Positions 18,972 to 28,874 of a stretch of 64,000 bases of DNA are shown one piece after another (position 1 is the stretch's first letter; every line of letters begins with the position of its first letter). The position numbers and the translations under genes are program-made. The DNA comes from Candidatus Woesearchaeota archaeon (GTDB taxonomy: Archaea; Nanobdellota; Nanobdellia; Woesearchaeales; UBA12501), in assembly GCA_030651375.1 (NCBI GenBank), contig JAUSFM010000014.1, forward strand, positions 89,630 to 153,629. The letters run 5' to 3'. A model generated the notes under the pieces. It was not told where the DNA came from and did not search any database. It saw only the letters and a program-made list of their open reading frames with translations.

Positions 18972-20738
18972 ATGAAATACGCCTTCCTCGTTGAACTGTA
19001 CGAACAGCTGGAACAAACAGCCAAGCGCCTTGAAAAAACACGCGAGCTTTCGCTGTTTCTGAGAAAAGTGCCGGAGGATGACCTTGATAGCATTGCGCTT
19101 CTGCTGCAGGGAAGAATCTTTCCAGCGCACGACGAAAATACTATCGGCGTTGCTGCGCGACTTGTGCTTAAGGCAATCAGTGTAGCCACTGGCATCGACC
19201 AAACAAAAGTGGAGAAGGAATGGAAAAAAACTGGCGACCTCGGCGTCACTGCCGAGCATTTGACCACCGGAAAAAAACAGCGCACGCTCGTCAGCAGCCA
19301 TCTCACCGTGCGCAAAGTGTTTGAGAACCTAAGAAAGCTTGCCACCATTGAAGGTGAAGGAACGGTTGATAAAAAAATGCAGTTGATTGCAGAACTGCTC
19401 ACCAGCGCCGAGCCGAAAGAAGCGAAATATATCATACGCACAGTACTTGAAGACCTGCGCGTTGGTGTGGGTGATGGAACGCTGCGCGATGCGATTGTGT
19501 GGGCGTTCTTTGAAAGCGAAACAAAACTTAACTACGACGAAAAAGAAAAAACAATCACGCCGGAAAATCGTGAGGAGTACAACAAGCTCGTCGCCGCAGT
19601 GCAGAAAGCATACGACGTCACTGCTGATTTTGGTGCGGTTGCGCTCAACGCAAAAACCAAAGGCCTTAAAGGCATTGAAAAAGCAGACATCACCATTGGC
19701 AAGCCGCTCAAGGTGATGCTGTTTCAGAAAGCAGACGACCTCAAAGATGCGTTTGAACGGGTGGGAAAGCCGGCAGCGTTTGAATTCAAATACGACGGCT
19801 TCCGCCTCCAAGTCCATAAAAAAGGAGGTGTCATAAAACTATTCACCCGTCGGCTTGATGAAGTAACACGGCAATTTCCTGATGTGGTTGACGCGGTTGC
19901 AAAACACGCCAAAAGCGATAATTTTATTCTCGACGCTGAAGCAGTTGGCTTTGACCAAAAAACAAAAAAATACCTTCCATTTCAGAGTATCTCGCAGAGA
20001 ATCAAGCGCAAGTATGACATCAAAGAAATTGCAGAAAAATTTCCCGTCGAGCTCAACGTATTTGACCTCATGGCCTACAACGGCGAAAATGTGATGGACA
20101 AGCCGTTTATTGAGCGCCGCAAGCTCATTGAAAAAGTTGTTTCATCCACCAAATCAAAAATTGTTGTTGCTAAACATATTATCACGAGCGACTTGAAAGA
20201 AGCGCAGAAATTTTACGAGGAAAGCTTGGCCCACGGCGAAGAAGGTGTCATGGCAAAAAATTTGGAAGGTATCTACAAGCCCGGCTCGCGGGTTGGCTTT
20301 GGCGTGAAAGTCAAGCCGACCATGGAAACGCTGGACTTGGTGATTGTGGGCGCGGAGTGGGGTGAAGGAAAACGCAGCGAATGGCTGAGCAGTTTTACCC
20401 TTGCGTGCCAAGACGATGATGGAAAACTGCTGGAAATCGGCAAGGTCGGCACGGGCATCAAGGAACTTGAACAAGAGGAAGGCGGCGACGTGACATTTGA
20501 CGATTTGACCAAAGAATTGAAACCCGCAATTATCGAGGAGAAAGGCAAGGAAGTCAAAGTAAAGCCAAAACTGGTGATCGAAGTTGCATTCGAGGAAATC
20601 CAGAAAAGCCCGACGTATTCATCTGGTTACGCATTACGATTTCCACGGCTGATTCGCCTGCGCGAAGACAAGTCAAAAGCAGATATTTCGACGATAACAC
20701 AGGTGGAGAAGGCGTATAAAGGACAACGGGGACGGTAG
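18972..20738 (+). CDS. lig: ATP-dependent DNA ligase
   Basis: Adenylation motif I 'FEFKYDGFRLQVHK' (KxDG), motif V and OB domain. Length 588 aa, typical of archaeal LigA-type ATP ligases. Confidence 0.85.
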   Translation: MKYAFLVELYEQLEQTAKRLEKTRELSLFLRKVPEDDLDSIALLLQGRIFPAHDENTIGVAARLVLKAISVATGIDQTKVEKEWKKTGDLGVTAEHLTTGKKQRTLVSSHLTVRKVFENLRKLATIEGEGTVDKKMQLIAELLTSAEPKEAKYIIRTVLEDLRVGVGDGTLRDAIVWAFFESETKLNYDEKEKTITPENREEYNKLVAAVQKAYDVTADFGAVALNAKTKGLKGIEKADITIGKPLKVMLFQKADDLKDAFERVGKPAAFEFKYDGFRLQVHKKGGVIKLFTRRLDEVTRQFPDVVDAVAKHAKSDNFILDAEAVGFDQKTKKYLPFQSISQRIKRKYDIKEIAEKFPVELNVFDLMAYNGENVMDKPFIERRKLIEKVVSSTKSKIVVAKHIITSDLKEAQKFYEESLAHGEEGVMAKNLEGIYKPGSRVGFGVKVKPTMETLDLVIVGAEWGEGKRSEWLSSFTLACQDDDGKLLEIGKVGTGIKELEQEEGGDVTFDDLTKELKPAIIEEKGKEVKVKPKLVIEVAFEEIQKSPTYSSGYALRFPRLIRLREDKSKADISTITQVEKAYKGQRGR

Positions 20739-20744
20739 GAATAA

Positions 20745-20993
20745 TTATTTTCTTTTCTTCCGCTCGCTCAGCTTCACCATCTTTGCCAGCGCCACAACAC
20801 CCCAGACCACTTGCAGAATAATAAACGGCATGCTCTTGAGCGAGTAGGAGTAGTACGCCAACGCCGCAGCGCCGACCAGATTTAACAGATTGTATTCATA
20901 CGTGTCAGTTGCTTCGTAGAATTCATCCCAGAAAAAGGCAATCAGGATACACACGAGACCAACGCTGCCGATATAGATTGGCTCAATGATCAT
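20745..20993 (-). CDS. Small two-TM membrane protein
   Basis: 82 aa, two hydrophobic helices and a basic C-terminus. Overlaps the upstream gene stop (ATGA). Confidence 0.35.
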   Translation of the reverse strand: MIIEPIYIGSVGLVCILIAFFWDEFYEATDTYEYNLLNLVGAAALAYYSYSLKSMPFIILQVVWGVVALAKMVKLSERKKRK

Positions 20994-21529
20994 GCGCGGC
21001 CTCCTTCACCGTAATGTTCGGCAACATCGCTGATGGACCATGGCTTGCAGTCGTCTTTTCTGAAGCCCAGCTTTTTCGCCAGCGCGTAGATTTTCGGCAG
21101 TGACGCTGATTTGACTTCGAGAAACACGGGAATAAAGCGGTGCGCATCGAGATGCTTGTCAATCTGAACTATACAGCCCTTGAGGGAGTACATGGTTCTG
21201 TGTTTTTTCATCACCCACCACGGCGTGCACCCCAGACTTTCCAGCAGTGCTTTTGCCGCGGCAAAATCAGAAACAACAATTTTATGCTCCTTAAACACGC
21301 GGCCCGGGCCGTTACGAAGGTTCTGCTTAAACGTGAGTGTCGCAGTTTTTCCTTCCTGCCGGAGGCGAAGGGTCTGCTTTAGTTTGCGCAACTGTTCGTC
21401 TTCATAATCATAGAAAAGGGAATGGCTCATGCCGTCAAACAATTTCTTCGCACCGATTTTTTTCAGCCGTTGTTCGACGTTCTTTCGATTAATGCCGAGA
21501 ATTTTTACTTCGACCTCTTTCATGGACAT
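20990..21529 (-). CDS. CYTH-domain protein (CyaB/thiamine-triphosphatase-like triphosphate tunnel enzyme)
   Basis: N-terminal 'KEVEVKILGI' (ExExK signature) and the beta-strand-rich 179 aa size typical of the CYTH family. Confidence 0.55.
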   Translation of the reverse strand: MSMKEVEVKILGINRKNVEQRLKKIGAKKLFDGMSHSLFYDYEDEQLRKLKQTLRLRQEGKTATLTFKQNLRNGPGRVFKEHKIVVSDFAAAKALLESLGCTPWWVMKKHRTMYSLKGCIVQIDKHLDAHRFIPVFLEVKSASLPKIYALAKKLGFRKDDCKPWSISDVAEHYGEGGRA

Positions 21530-21558
21530 ATCATACGAAGAAGTTTATATAAATGTTA

Positions 21559-22185
21559 TTAAATGTTCTTTGGCTTTTTCCAGTCCACTAATTCCCCTGC
21601 TTTTCGCTCAATCATATCTGCTGGACGGAGAAGGGCAATCTGGGAACGAGAGAGAATGGAAACGTGCGGCATACGAGCGAGATACTGGGAAATATACCAC
21701 ACATCATCTGGCGAGGTCATCCATCCGCGCGCATCAAAACGAGACAAATGCACCGGGCCTGCATAGGAGCGAAGCGTTTTTCTTCCATCGTGGTTGGTGA
21801 AATATTCGTGAAAGTATGACATCACCAACTCGCGAATTGTTTTGTACACCGGCTCACGGTAGCGAAGCACGGCATGGTTTGTTTTTGAAATGGCGCCCCA
21901 GCATCCATTCTGTTTAAAGACGGCAATAACATGGTCTTCATCGTTCTTTGTTGCCACCATATCAACGATCAGGGGCGGATGGCCGTGAAAGCGTAACGCA
22001 GCTGCAGCAAATAATGCTCCTTCCATACAGTGTGCCTGGCGGTGCTTGAGCACCATACGGGGAGAATAGAGTGTTTCTCCGTGTGTTTCGAAATTGATGG
22101 GAATCCGGTTGAGAAAATCCTGAATTTTTGCAGGGGTGGATAGTTTTTTTAAAATGGCTTGTTCTGCAGGAGTAAAATCGAACAT
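21559..22185 (-). CDS. Hypothetical protein, possibly transglutaminase-like cysteine-protease fold
   Basis: Candidate Cys-His-Asp arrangement (HCMEGALFAAAALR ... DHVIAV ...). Weak. Confidence 0.3.
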   Translation of the reverse strand: MFDFTPAEQAILKKLSTPAKIQDFLNRIPINFETHGETLYSPRMVLKHRQAHCMEGALFAAAALRFHGHPPLIVDMVATKNDEDHVIAVFKQNGCWGAISKTNHAVLRYREPVYKTIRELVMSYFHEYFTNHDGRKTLRSYAGPVHLSRFDARGWMTSPDDVWYISQYLARMPHVSILSRSQIALLRPADMIERKAGELVDWKKPKNI

Positions 22186-22259
22186 GTGATTATTATAAGA
22201 TGAGGAGTATATTAAAGTTGTTTTTTTGGTAACAAAATAAAAAGATAAAGAACTTAGGT

Positions 22260-25200
22260 TTAACTACATCCCATTGAATTTCCACACGACAGGCATTTGT
22301 AACACGTCCCGCTCCGCACCGTAATGTGACCGCAGGTGTTGCACGCAGGCGCATCGCCCATAAGTGTGCTCATTTGTTTGCTCAAGGCGCCGTCGGTAGT
22401 CGGTTGTGGTACGCCTGAAGTCGAAGAGTGTACTTCCGGTTTCTGTTCTTTCTCAGCCGGTTTCACATGCGCCAAGTCGGTTCTGCCCAAATATTCAAGC
22501 GCAAGCACGCGCATGACAAAATCAATAATGCTTGTTGACGTCTTGATATTCGGATGGTCGGTCATGCCTGCCGGTTCGAAGCGCATAAACGTTAGTTCAT
22601 CAACATACTTGTCCATCGGAATGTTGTGTTGTAATCCGATATTGACTGCTTTAGCAACACAGTTGATGAGGCTGCGCAGTGTTGACCCTTCTTTATGCAT
22701 CTCGACGAAAAATTCTGCAAGGCTGCCGTCATCAAATTCACTCGTCAAAATCTTGAGGTTCTGGCCGGCAACGCTGGATTCAACCGTCAATCCGCGCCGG
22801 CGCTTCGGAAGCGTGCGCAGAGCTGCAGCGACGGATTTTTTTACTTCATCCTTTTCCGTTTTCTGCGCAGTGAGCGGTTGTGACTGCTTGCAACCGTCAC
22901 GGTACAAGGCAATTGCTTTTAATCCGAGCTTCCACGCCTCGATGTAAATTTTTTCAATGTCTTCAACGCTTGCTTCGTTGGGAATGTTAACGGTCTTTGA
23001 AATCGCGCCGGAAATGAACGGCTGCACTGCTGCCATCATCTTGACGTGCCCCATGGGCGCAATGAACCTTGTTCCACTGCCGCACTTATTGGCGCAGTCA
23101 AAGACAGCAACGTGCTCGGGCTTGAGGTGGGGCGCTCCTTCAACGGTTTGCGCGCCGCTCACATAAATCATGGCCTCGTTGATGTGCTGGGTGGTAAAGC
23201 CCCGCTTCTTGAGTTCGGGAATGTTGATGTTGGGTGTCCAGTCATCAAGACTTTTCATCTGTGCGATATAGTCTGCGGCTTCTTTGATTTGAGGGGCAGT
23301 GAATCCGCGTGCTACAAGCGCGCTTGGATTAATGTGAGGAGCTCCTTCGAGTGTGCCTCTTCCGACAATGTAACTTTTTATGTCATCAATCTGGAGCGCA
23401 TCATAGCCGAGTTTTTTCAGGGCGGTGATGATGGAGTTGTTGATAATCTTGAAGTAGCCGCCGCCTGCCAGTTTTTTCCATTTGACGAGGGAGAATTCCG
23501 GCTCAACACCAGTGGTGTCGCAGTCCATGAGCAGGCCGATTGTGCCAGTGGGGGCGATAACGGTTACCTGCGCGTTTCTGAATCCGTATTTTTCGCCGAG
23601 CGTGACCGCGGCGTCCCAGCTTTCCCGCGCTGCATTGAGCAAATTTTCCGGACAGTACCGCACGTCGATTTTGTAGGCCTCTTCGCGGTGCTTGTTGATG
23701 ACACGCAGCATGGGTTCCCGATTTGACGCGTAACCGTCAAACGGCCCGAGCAGGCCGGAAAGATGTGCGGATGCTTCATAGCCCGTGCCGCACATGATGG
23801 CGGTAATGGCGCCTGAAATCGCGCGGGCTTTATCACTATCATAGGGAATGCCATTGACCATCAGCAGGGTGCCGAGGTTTGCATAGCCCAGTCCCAGGGT
23901 TCGATATTGGTGGCTGCGCTCTGCAATTGCTTTTGTCGGATATGATGACATGCTCACAATGATTTCTTGCGCCGTGATAAATATCTTGCAGGCGTGTTCA
24001 AATGTTTCAATGTCAATCAAATTGCCGTCGTCAGAGGCGAATTTCATCAGGTTGATTGACGCAAGATTGCAGGCGGTGTTGTCGAGGAACATGTATTCGC
24101 TGCAGGGATTTGATGCATAGATTTTGTCAGAATTGGGGCAGGTGTGCCAGTCGTTGATAATCGTGTCGAACTGCACGCCGGGGTCGGCGCAGACCCATGC
24201 TGCTTCGCACACCATCTTCATGAGGTCGCGGGCTTTGTATTCTTTGTATATTTTTCCCGTGGTGCGTGAGGTAGTTGCCCATGAGCCGTTGTTGAGCATG
24301 GAGTTCATGAAGTCGTCGGTCAGCCGAACAGAGTTGTTTGAGTTCTGGCCGGAAACTGTTTGGTATGCTTCACCGTTAAAGTCAGCAGGGTATCCCGCGG
24401 CGATGAGGGCGTGCACTTTTTTTTCTTCGCGCACTTTCCAGAGGATGAAGTCTTCGATTTCAGGGTGGTCCATGTCGAGGCACACCATTTTTGCGGCGCG
24501 CCGCGTGGTGCCACCAGATTTTGTTGCGCCTGCGCCGGTGTCAAACACTTTGAGGAATGACATGAGGCCGGATGAGGTTCCTCCTCCTGACAGCTTTTCA
24601 TATTTTGAGCGGATTTTTGAAAAGTTGCTGCCCGTTCCTGAACCGAACTTGAACAGCCGCGCTTCTGCTTTCAGCAGGTCGAACATGCTCATGAGGTCGT
24701 CTTCAACCGGCTGGATGAAACAAGCTGAACATTGCGGCCGGCTGTACGCGTCTTCAGTCATTTTTACCTGGTGCAATTGTTCGTCATAGTACCAGTTTCC
24801 GCCGCTGCTCGTGATGCCGTATTTGTGGAGCCCACAATTGAACCAGACTGGAGAATTAAACGCGCCTTTTTGGGTGATAAGGAGGTTGGTGAGCTCTGCT
24901 TCAAACGTATCTGCTTCTTCTTTGGTTGCAAAGTAGCCGTGCACTTCGCCGGCTTCTCTCAGTGTGTTTGCAATTCTGAACACGAGCTGGCGGGCGCTGG
25001 ATTCAGAGCCCGTGCCGGGAACACCGGCCTTGCGGAAATATTTTGATGCGGCAATATCAGTAGCAAGCTGGGACCAGGTGCTCGGCACTTCGCAGTCCGC
25101 CATTTCAAAAACAACTTTGCCGGTTGGCTCTTTGATGAGTGAGGTGCGCTTGACATAGGTTTGCTCATCTAATGGATTGATGCCTGGCGTGGAAAAAAAA

Positions 25201-25310
25201 CGACGGAGAAAGCGAAGGGATGAAGCTGAAGAATCAACAGACGACAGGGACGATGAAGAGATTGATTGAGAAGATTGAGAAAATGTTTCACTCTGTACCT
25301 TGGCTGCCAT
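22260..25310 (-). CDS. nrdJ: Ribonucleoside-diphosphate reductase, class II (adenosylcobalamin-dependent NrdJ) with C-terminal zinc ribbon
   Basis: Catalytic core motifs (SNPCSEYMFLDNTACNLASINL, thiyl-radical Cys region) and the C-terminal 'CNTCGHITVRSGTCYKCLSCGNS'. The Ser-rich first ~40 aa suggest the real start may be slightly downstream. No intein blocks seen. Confidence 0.8.
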   Translation of the reverse strand: MAAKVQSETFSQSSQSISSSSLSSVDSSASSLRFLRRFFSTPGINPLDEQTYVKRTSLIKEPTGKVVFEMADCEVPSTWSQLATDIAASKYFRKAGVPGTGSESSARQLVFRIANTLREAGEVHGYFATKEEADTFEAELTNLLITQKGAFNSPVWFNCGLHKYGITSSGGNWYYDEQLHQVKMTEDAYSRPQCSACFIQPVEDDLMSMFDLLKAEARLFKFGSGTGSNFSKIRSKYEKLSGGGTSSGLMSFLKVFDTGAGATKSGGTTRRAAKMVCLDMDHPEIEDFILWKVREEKKVHALIAAGYPADFNGEAYQTVSGQNSNNSVRLTDDFMNSMLNNGSWATTSRTTGKIYKEYKARDLMKMVCEAAWVCADPGVQFDTIINDWHTCPNSDKIYASNPCSEYMFLDNTACNLASINLMKFASDDGNLIDIETFEHACKIFITAQEIIVSMSSYPTKAIAERSHQYRTLGLGYANLGTLLMVNGIPYDSDKARAISGAITAIMCGTGYEASAHLSGLLGPFDGYASNREPMLRVINKHREEAYKIDVRYCPENLLNAARESWDAAVTLGEKYGFRNAQVTVIAPTGTIGLLMDCDTTGVEPEFSLVKWKKLAGGGYFKIINNSIITALKKLGYDALQIDDIKSYIVGRGTLEGAPHINPSALVARGFTAPQIKEAADYIAQMKSLDDWTPNINIPELKKRGFTTQHINEAMIYVSGAQTVEGAPHLKPEHVAVFDCANKCGSGTRFIAPMGHVKMMAAVQPFISGAISKTVNIPNEASVEDIEKIYIEAWKLGLKAIALYRDGCKQSQPLTAQKTEKDEVKKSVAAALRTLPKRRRGLTVESSVAGQNLKILTSEFDDGSLAEFFVEMHKEGSTLRSLINCVAKAVNIGLQHNIPMDKYVDELTFMRFEPAGMTDHPNIKTSTSIIDFVMRVLALEYLGRTDLAHVKPAEKEQKPEVHSSTSGVPQPTTDGALSKQMSTLMGDAPACNTCGHITVRSGTCYKCLSCGNSMGCS

Positions 25311-25379
25311 AGTATCACCTACTTTGGGTTTGATTGATGGATTGAGTATCCCTGCAAAATTCCGCTAAAATCAACATAT

Positions 25380-25406
25380 TGTGTTGTTTTTTTGCAAAAC
25401 ACCACA
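25380..25406. promoter_or_regulatory. Imperfect palindrome tgtgttgtttttttgcaaaacaccaca upstream of nrdJ
   Basis: Centred on TTGCAA, about 70-95 nt upstream of the nrdJ start codon. Confidence 0.25.
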
Positions 25407-25580
25407 ACATCTTGTGTTTCGGCGTATACGATGGGTCGCGTTTGTCCTATTTAAAGTTTATTATTCCGGAAATTCCATTTATAAAATTGATATACTGGAA
25501 AATATATATTAAAAAAGCGATGTAACTTTGTGAGTGTAAAAACGACAGAAAAGTCACGTTCAGGTCACGCTCGATGGCGA

Positions 25581-26402
25581 TTACTTCACCGCTCGAATGC
25601 CGGAAGCGTCCTCATGATACTCAACGTTCCGAAACCCTGCTTCTTTCAGATGATTGAGTATGGAAAGATAAAATTGTTTTCCTTTGGTCTTGTCCGGCAT
25701 CGGCGCATAGTGGTAGAGAATGCCGTGAGGAACAAGAACGCGGTACAACTGCTCATAAAATAAGGGATGATAAAGTTCCGGCGCACGGGTGAAGGTGGGA
25801 GGGTCATGCACAATGCGCTGGAAAAAATTGTTTTTGAAGCTACGAATGCCTGATGAGATGTCTTCTTCATGCACCTGAATTTTTTTATTCGTAAAAAGTT
25901 CCTGTGAATAGGGATTGTATTCTGCCAAGCGCAGCACATTGCTGTCTTTTTCAAAGGTGTGCACCTCATCGGCAAACCGCGCCGCCCAGATCGCTGTGTA
26001 TCCGGCGCCGCCGCAGGTGTCTAAGACAATTCCTTTGATGGGGTCGATGAGCTTCATTTTTCTTTTGGTGTCCTCTTTCGGCGAAATATGCGTCGAACGG
26101 TGCATGGGCGTTGATGACAGGGTGAAAGTTGGCCAGTCGGTTGTGGGGACAAGCTTGTAATACGTCTGCGTCTCATCAGAAAAAAAAGCAATGCGCTTTA
26201 CCTGATTGTCTTCAAGCGCATAGAGAAAATGCTCCTTGAGATTTTTGAAGTCGTTTTGGGGAATTTTTTGGCCAGCAATATCGACGACAGTGCGGCTTAT
26301 TTGTATCGTTGTTTGAGATTTTCCAAGGTCGAGAGAAACCGTGATTTCTTCTTTCGCTGCTGCGATTGTATCAGCGATTTTTTTGGTTATGACGAGCACC
26401 AT
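25581..26402 (-). CDS. Class I SAM-dependent methyltransferase with DPP motif (putative RNA N-methyltransferase)
   Basis: Motif I 'VLDTCGGAGYTAI' and motif IV 'IVHDPPTF'. Immediately downstream of truD in the same orientation. Start trimmed to avoid overlap with truD. Confidence 0.5.
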   Translation of the reverse strand: MVLVITKKIADTIAAAKEEITVSLDLGKSQTTIQISRTVVDIAGQKIPQNDFKNLKEHFLYALEDNQVKRIAFFSDETQTYYKLVPTTDWPTFTLSSTPMHRSTHISPKEDTKRKMKLIDPIKGIVLDTCGGAGYTAIWAARFADEVHTFEKDSNVLRLAEYNPYSQELFTNKKIQVHEEDISSGIRSFKNNFFQRIVHDPPTFTRAPELYHPLFYEQLYRVLVPHGILYHYAPMPDKTKGKQFYLSILNHLKEAGFRNVEYHEDASGIRAVK

Positions 26403-26412
26403 GGTACACATC

Positions 26413-27555
26413 CTATTGCAGAAATACGCGCTTGGTAATAATCGTCGCATAGCTTCCTTTGGGAAGGGTGAACGAGAACGTTGTTTTATATTTGGTGTTG
26501 TTCAATTCATCCAACGCTGGCTTGGTCATGGAAAAATCGCGCGGTGTTACCAATACCGGCCGCTCGCCGGGCTTGAAGAAGGTGCCGCTTTCTGCTTTGA
26601 TGTCAAAATCGGTGAGGGTGAAGGATTCTTTTTTCAGGATATGGTCAACAACCTGTTTCTCTGCGTCAGTCAGTTTTATGATCGGAGTGATGAGTGGAAA
26701 TCGTTTGGGAATTTTTTTCTTTTGGTCATCCGAGAGGGTGGTGTAAAAAGAATGGTCGCCCACTTTGTAGGGAACGCAGATGAATTCTTCGCATTGTTTT
26801 TCGACAATTGAGCGTATGCACTCGTTCCATACATAACTCTGGTAGGCTGCGACAAACATCTGGCGCAGATTGAGCGGGATTTGTTTGTATGCTTCTTTCC
26901 AGCTTTTGGTTTTCGCGTAGGCGACTTGTATCCGCTGGAATGATTTGTTTGCCAGCGTGAGCGTGCCGAATTTCTCCCACTGCTGTTTGATGAGCCGTTT
27001 TTCCGTCTTTACCGTGAGCGCTTCATGCCGTGAATATTCTGTAAGAAATAATTTGACCGCCCCTTCATGGTTCTTTTTCATGATTTCTTTGGCAATGAAT
27101 TTTTTTTCGATCACACTGCCGAAGCGCTGGCTGTCAAAGTAATTTGGCACGCCGAATGTTAGTTCTCCGGCCCGGTCCAGCACCGCATCGAGATCTGGTT
27201 CGGGGATGTCACGCACCGTGATGGTGAATTTGTTTCCGCGAAGATCTCCGATTTTCAGCGGGGCGTCCGTGTATCCGACACGGGTGAGCGAGAAATTGTT
27301 TTCTTTGGTGTTTGGTATCTGTTTTTGCTTCGGCAGGGTCATGTACTGCTTTGAAACCGCGTGCCTGTCCTTCAGTCCGGCAACGCCGAAATCAGTAATG
27401 GGAATATTATTTTTTCGCGCAAGGTGCTTGATGAGCGCAAAGGTTTCCATGCCCTTCTTTTCGAGCAGATAGAGGCAATACCTGCCATCTTTTTCGGTTG
27501 TGCGGCTGGCGATTTCTTCGACTTTGAAGTCATCGGGCTGCTGGCGGAGTTTCAT
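26413..27555 (-). CDS. truD: tRNA pseudouridine synthase TruD/Pus7 family
   Basis: N-terminal 'MKLRQQPDDFKVEE' and catalytic 'GLKDRHAVSKQYMT' (GxKD motif). 380 aa. Confidence 0.7.
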   Translation of the reverse strand: MKLRQQPDDFKVEEIASRTTEKDGRYCLYLLEKKGMETFALIKHLARKNNIPITDFGVAGLKDRHAVSKQYMTLPKQKQIPNTKENNFSLTRVGYTDAPLKIGDLRGNKFTITVRDIPEPDLDAVLDRAGELTFGVPNYFDSQRFGSVIEKKFIAKEIMKKNHEGAVKLFLTEYSRHEALTVKTEKRLIKQQWEKFGTLTLANKSFQRIQVAYAKTKSWKEAYKQIPLNLRQMFVAAYQSYVWNECIRSIVEKQCEEFICVPYKVGDHSFYTTLSDDQKKKIPKRFPLITPIIKLTDAEKQVVDHILKKESFTLTDFDIKAESGTFFKPGERPVLVTPRDFSMTKPALDELNNTKYKTTFSFTLPKGSYATIITKRVFLQ

Positions 27556-27604
27556 AGAGGTATCAGAACAGGGGTGATATTAAAGAGTATCGGTACGTGC
27601 AGGA

Positions 27605-28870
27605 TTATTTTTTTTGCCCACACGCTGTCTGTAACACTGTTGCCAAAACCATCCCGGCATAATACGCCCGTTCAGGCGTTTCTTTGGCGGGGCAGATTCT
27701 CATATACCCTGTTCCATGAAGAAGTTCTTCATCCAATAAAGATTTAGGATAGCTGCCTTCAGATGCGCGCTGCACCTTTTCTTCTGAATGAGATATCCAC
27801 TGGATACCCAAGGTCATACCCAGTGTTTCGCTTATCATTTTTTTCGCTTCGAAGTCAACTCGTTGCTTAAAATGAAAGGTCATGATGGGCATGCCAGAAA
27901 ATGCGTGAAAAAAATCCCCATACTGATTATCAGCATCAACACGTTGATATCCTTGTTTGAAGGCTTCTGCGCTTGCCGCAATCACGTCCCTCATTCGGTT
28001 TTCATACCCAAGCGCATGGAGCGCCTGCACCGTGCGCGCGGCTTTGCTTGTGCATCCGTCGCACGCAAGCGTTATTTTCGGGCCTATCGTGAGCCCGTTG
28101 GGAATTAATGACCATGTTGCGCCGAGGCTTCGGGGCCCGAATCGTTTTGATGTTGATTCAACGATGATGCTATTGTGGGAATATTCTGATGATGCATGCC
28201 GAGCGCCCTGCTCTTGCAACCCGCGAAATACGTCATCAAATAGTGGAGTGATGCCATATTTTTCTGCGTGAGTTTCAATACGTTCAATCTGCTCGCGGCT
28301 ATAGCGGTAGCCTAATGGATTCGCCGGATCAACAATAATTAGGCTCGCCCCTTTTCTCAATACCGATTCTGGCGCTTGCTCAAATTTGCCAATCAATTCG
28401 TCCGGTGTTCGCGCAAATATATCAACTGACTCAACACCCGGAACGGGCCCAACAATGGTGTCGAAGATCCAGTTCGGAGATGCGTAAAAAACAAACGGCT
28501 TTTCGGGCGTTACGAGCTCTGCGAGAATTCCCTGTATCGCGTGCCGTGCGCCTTCGGTTGATGCAACAACACGATACCTCGACAAATCAAATGTTGTTTC
28601 TTCTTCAAGAATACGGCGTGCAATGTCTTCGAGCGCCATCGGCTCTGTTTCGTTACACGCCTGATTAAAAACGCCGGCGCGGGTAAGTTCGCGCAGTGCT
28701 TCCCGTTCCTGTTCGTTTATGCCAAAAGGGAGCAGAGGAGTGTTTGCATCGTAAAAATCTAATTGAGGCACGCCAAACCATGTTCCATACATCAAATGCT
28801 CTCCGGGGATGCGCAAAGAAACAAGGTCTCCCGGAAGAGCACCGGTTTCAGGAAGTGGTGTCTCTGCCAT
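27605..28870 (-). CDS. PLP-dependent aminotransferase class I/II-fold protein
   Basis: 'IIVDPANPLGY...AEKYGITPLFDDVFRGL...VESTSKRFGPRSLGATW' shows the Asp and SxSK lysine motifs of fold-type I aminotransferases. Confidence 0.5.
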   Translation of the reverse strand: MAETPLPETGALPGDLVSLRIPGEHLMYGTWFGVPQLDFYDANTPLLPFGINEQEREALRELTRAGVFNQACNETEPMALEDIARRILEEETTFDLSRYRVVASTEGARHAIQGILAELVTPEKPFVFYASPNWIFDTIVGPVPGVESVDIFARTPDELIGKFEQAPESVLRKGASLIIVDPANPLGYRYSREQIERIETHAEKYGITPLFDDVFRGLQEQGARHASSEYSHNSIIVESTSKRFGPRSLGATWSLIPNGLTIGPKITLACDGCTSKAARTVQALHALGYENRMRDVIAASAEAFKQGYQRVDADNQYGDFFHAFSGMPIMTFHFKQRVDFEAKKMISETLGMTLGIQWISHSEEKVQRASEGSYPKSLLDEELLHGTGYMRICPAKETPERAYYAGMVLATVLQTACGQKK

Positions 28871-28874
28871 GAGC

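Noticed and set aside
23046-24789. Several plus-strand ORFs (23046..23726, 24124..24789 and others)
   Set aside because: They sit antisense inside nrdJ, with no independent motifs.
22260-25310. Possible intein in the 1016-aa class II RNR
   Set aside because: Size prompted the check, but the sequence is collinear with monomeric NrdJ throughout. No Hint/endonuclease blocks and no C-terminal HN before a Cys/Ser/Thr junction were seen. The extra length is the Ser-rich N-terminus and the C-terminal zinc ribbon.
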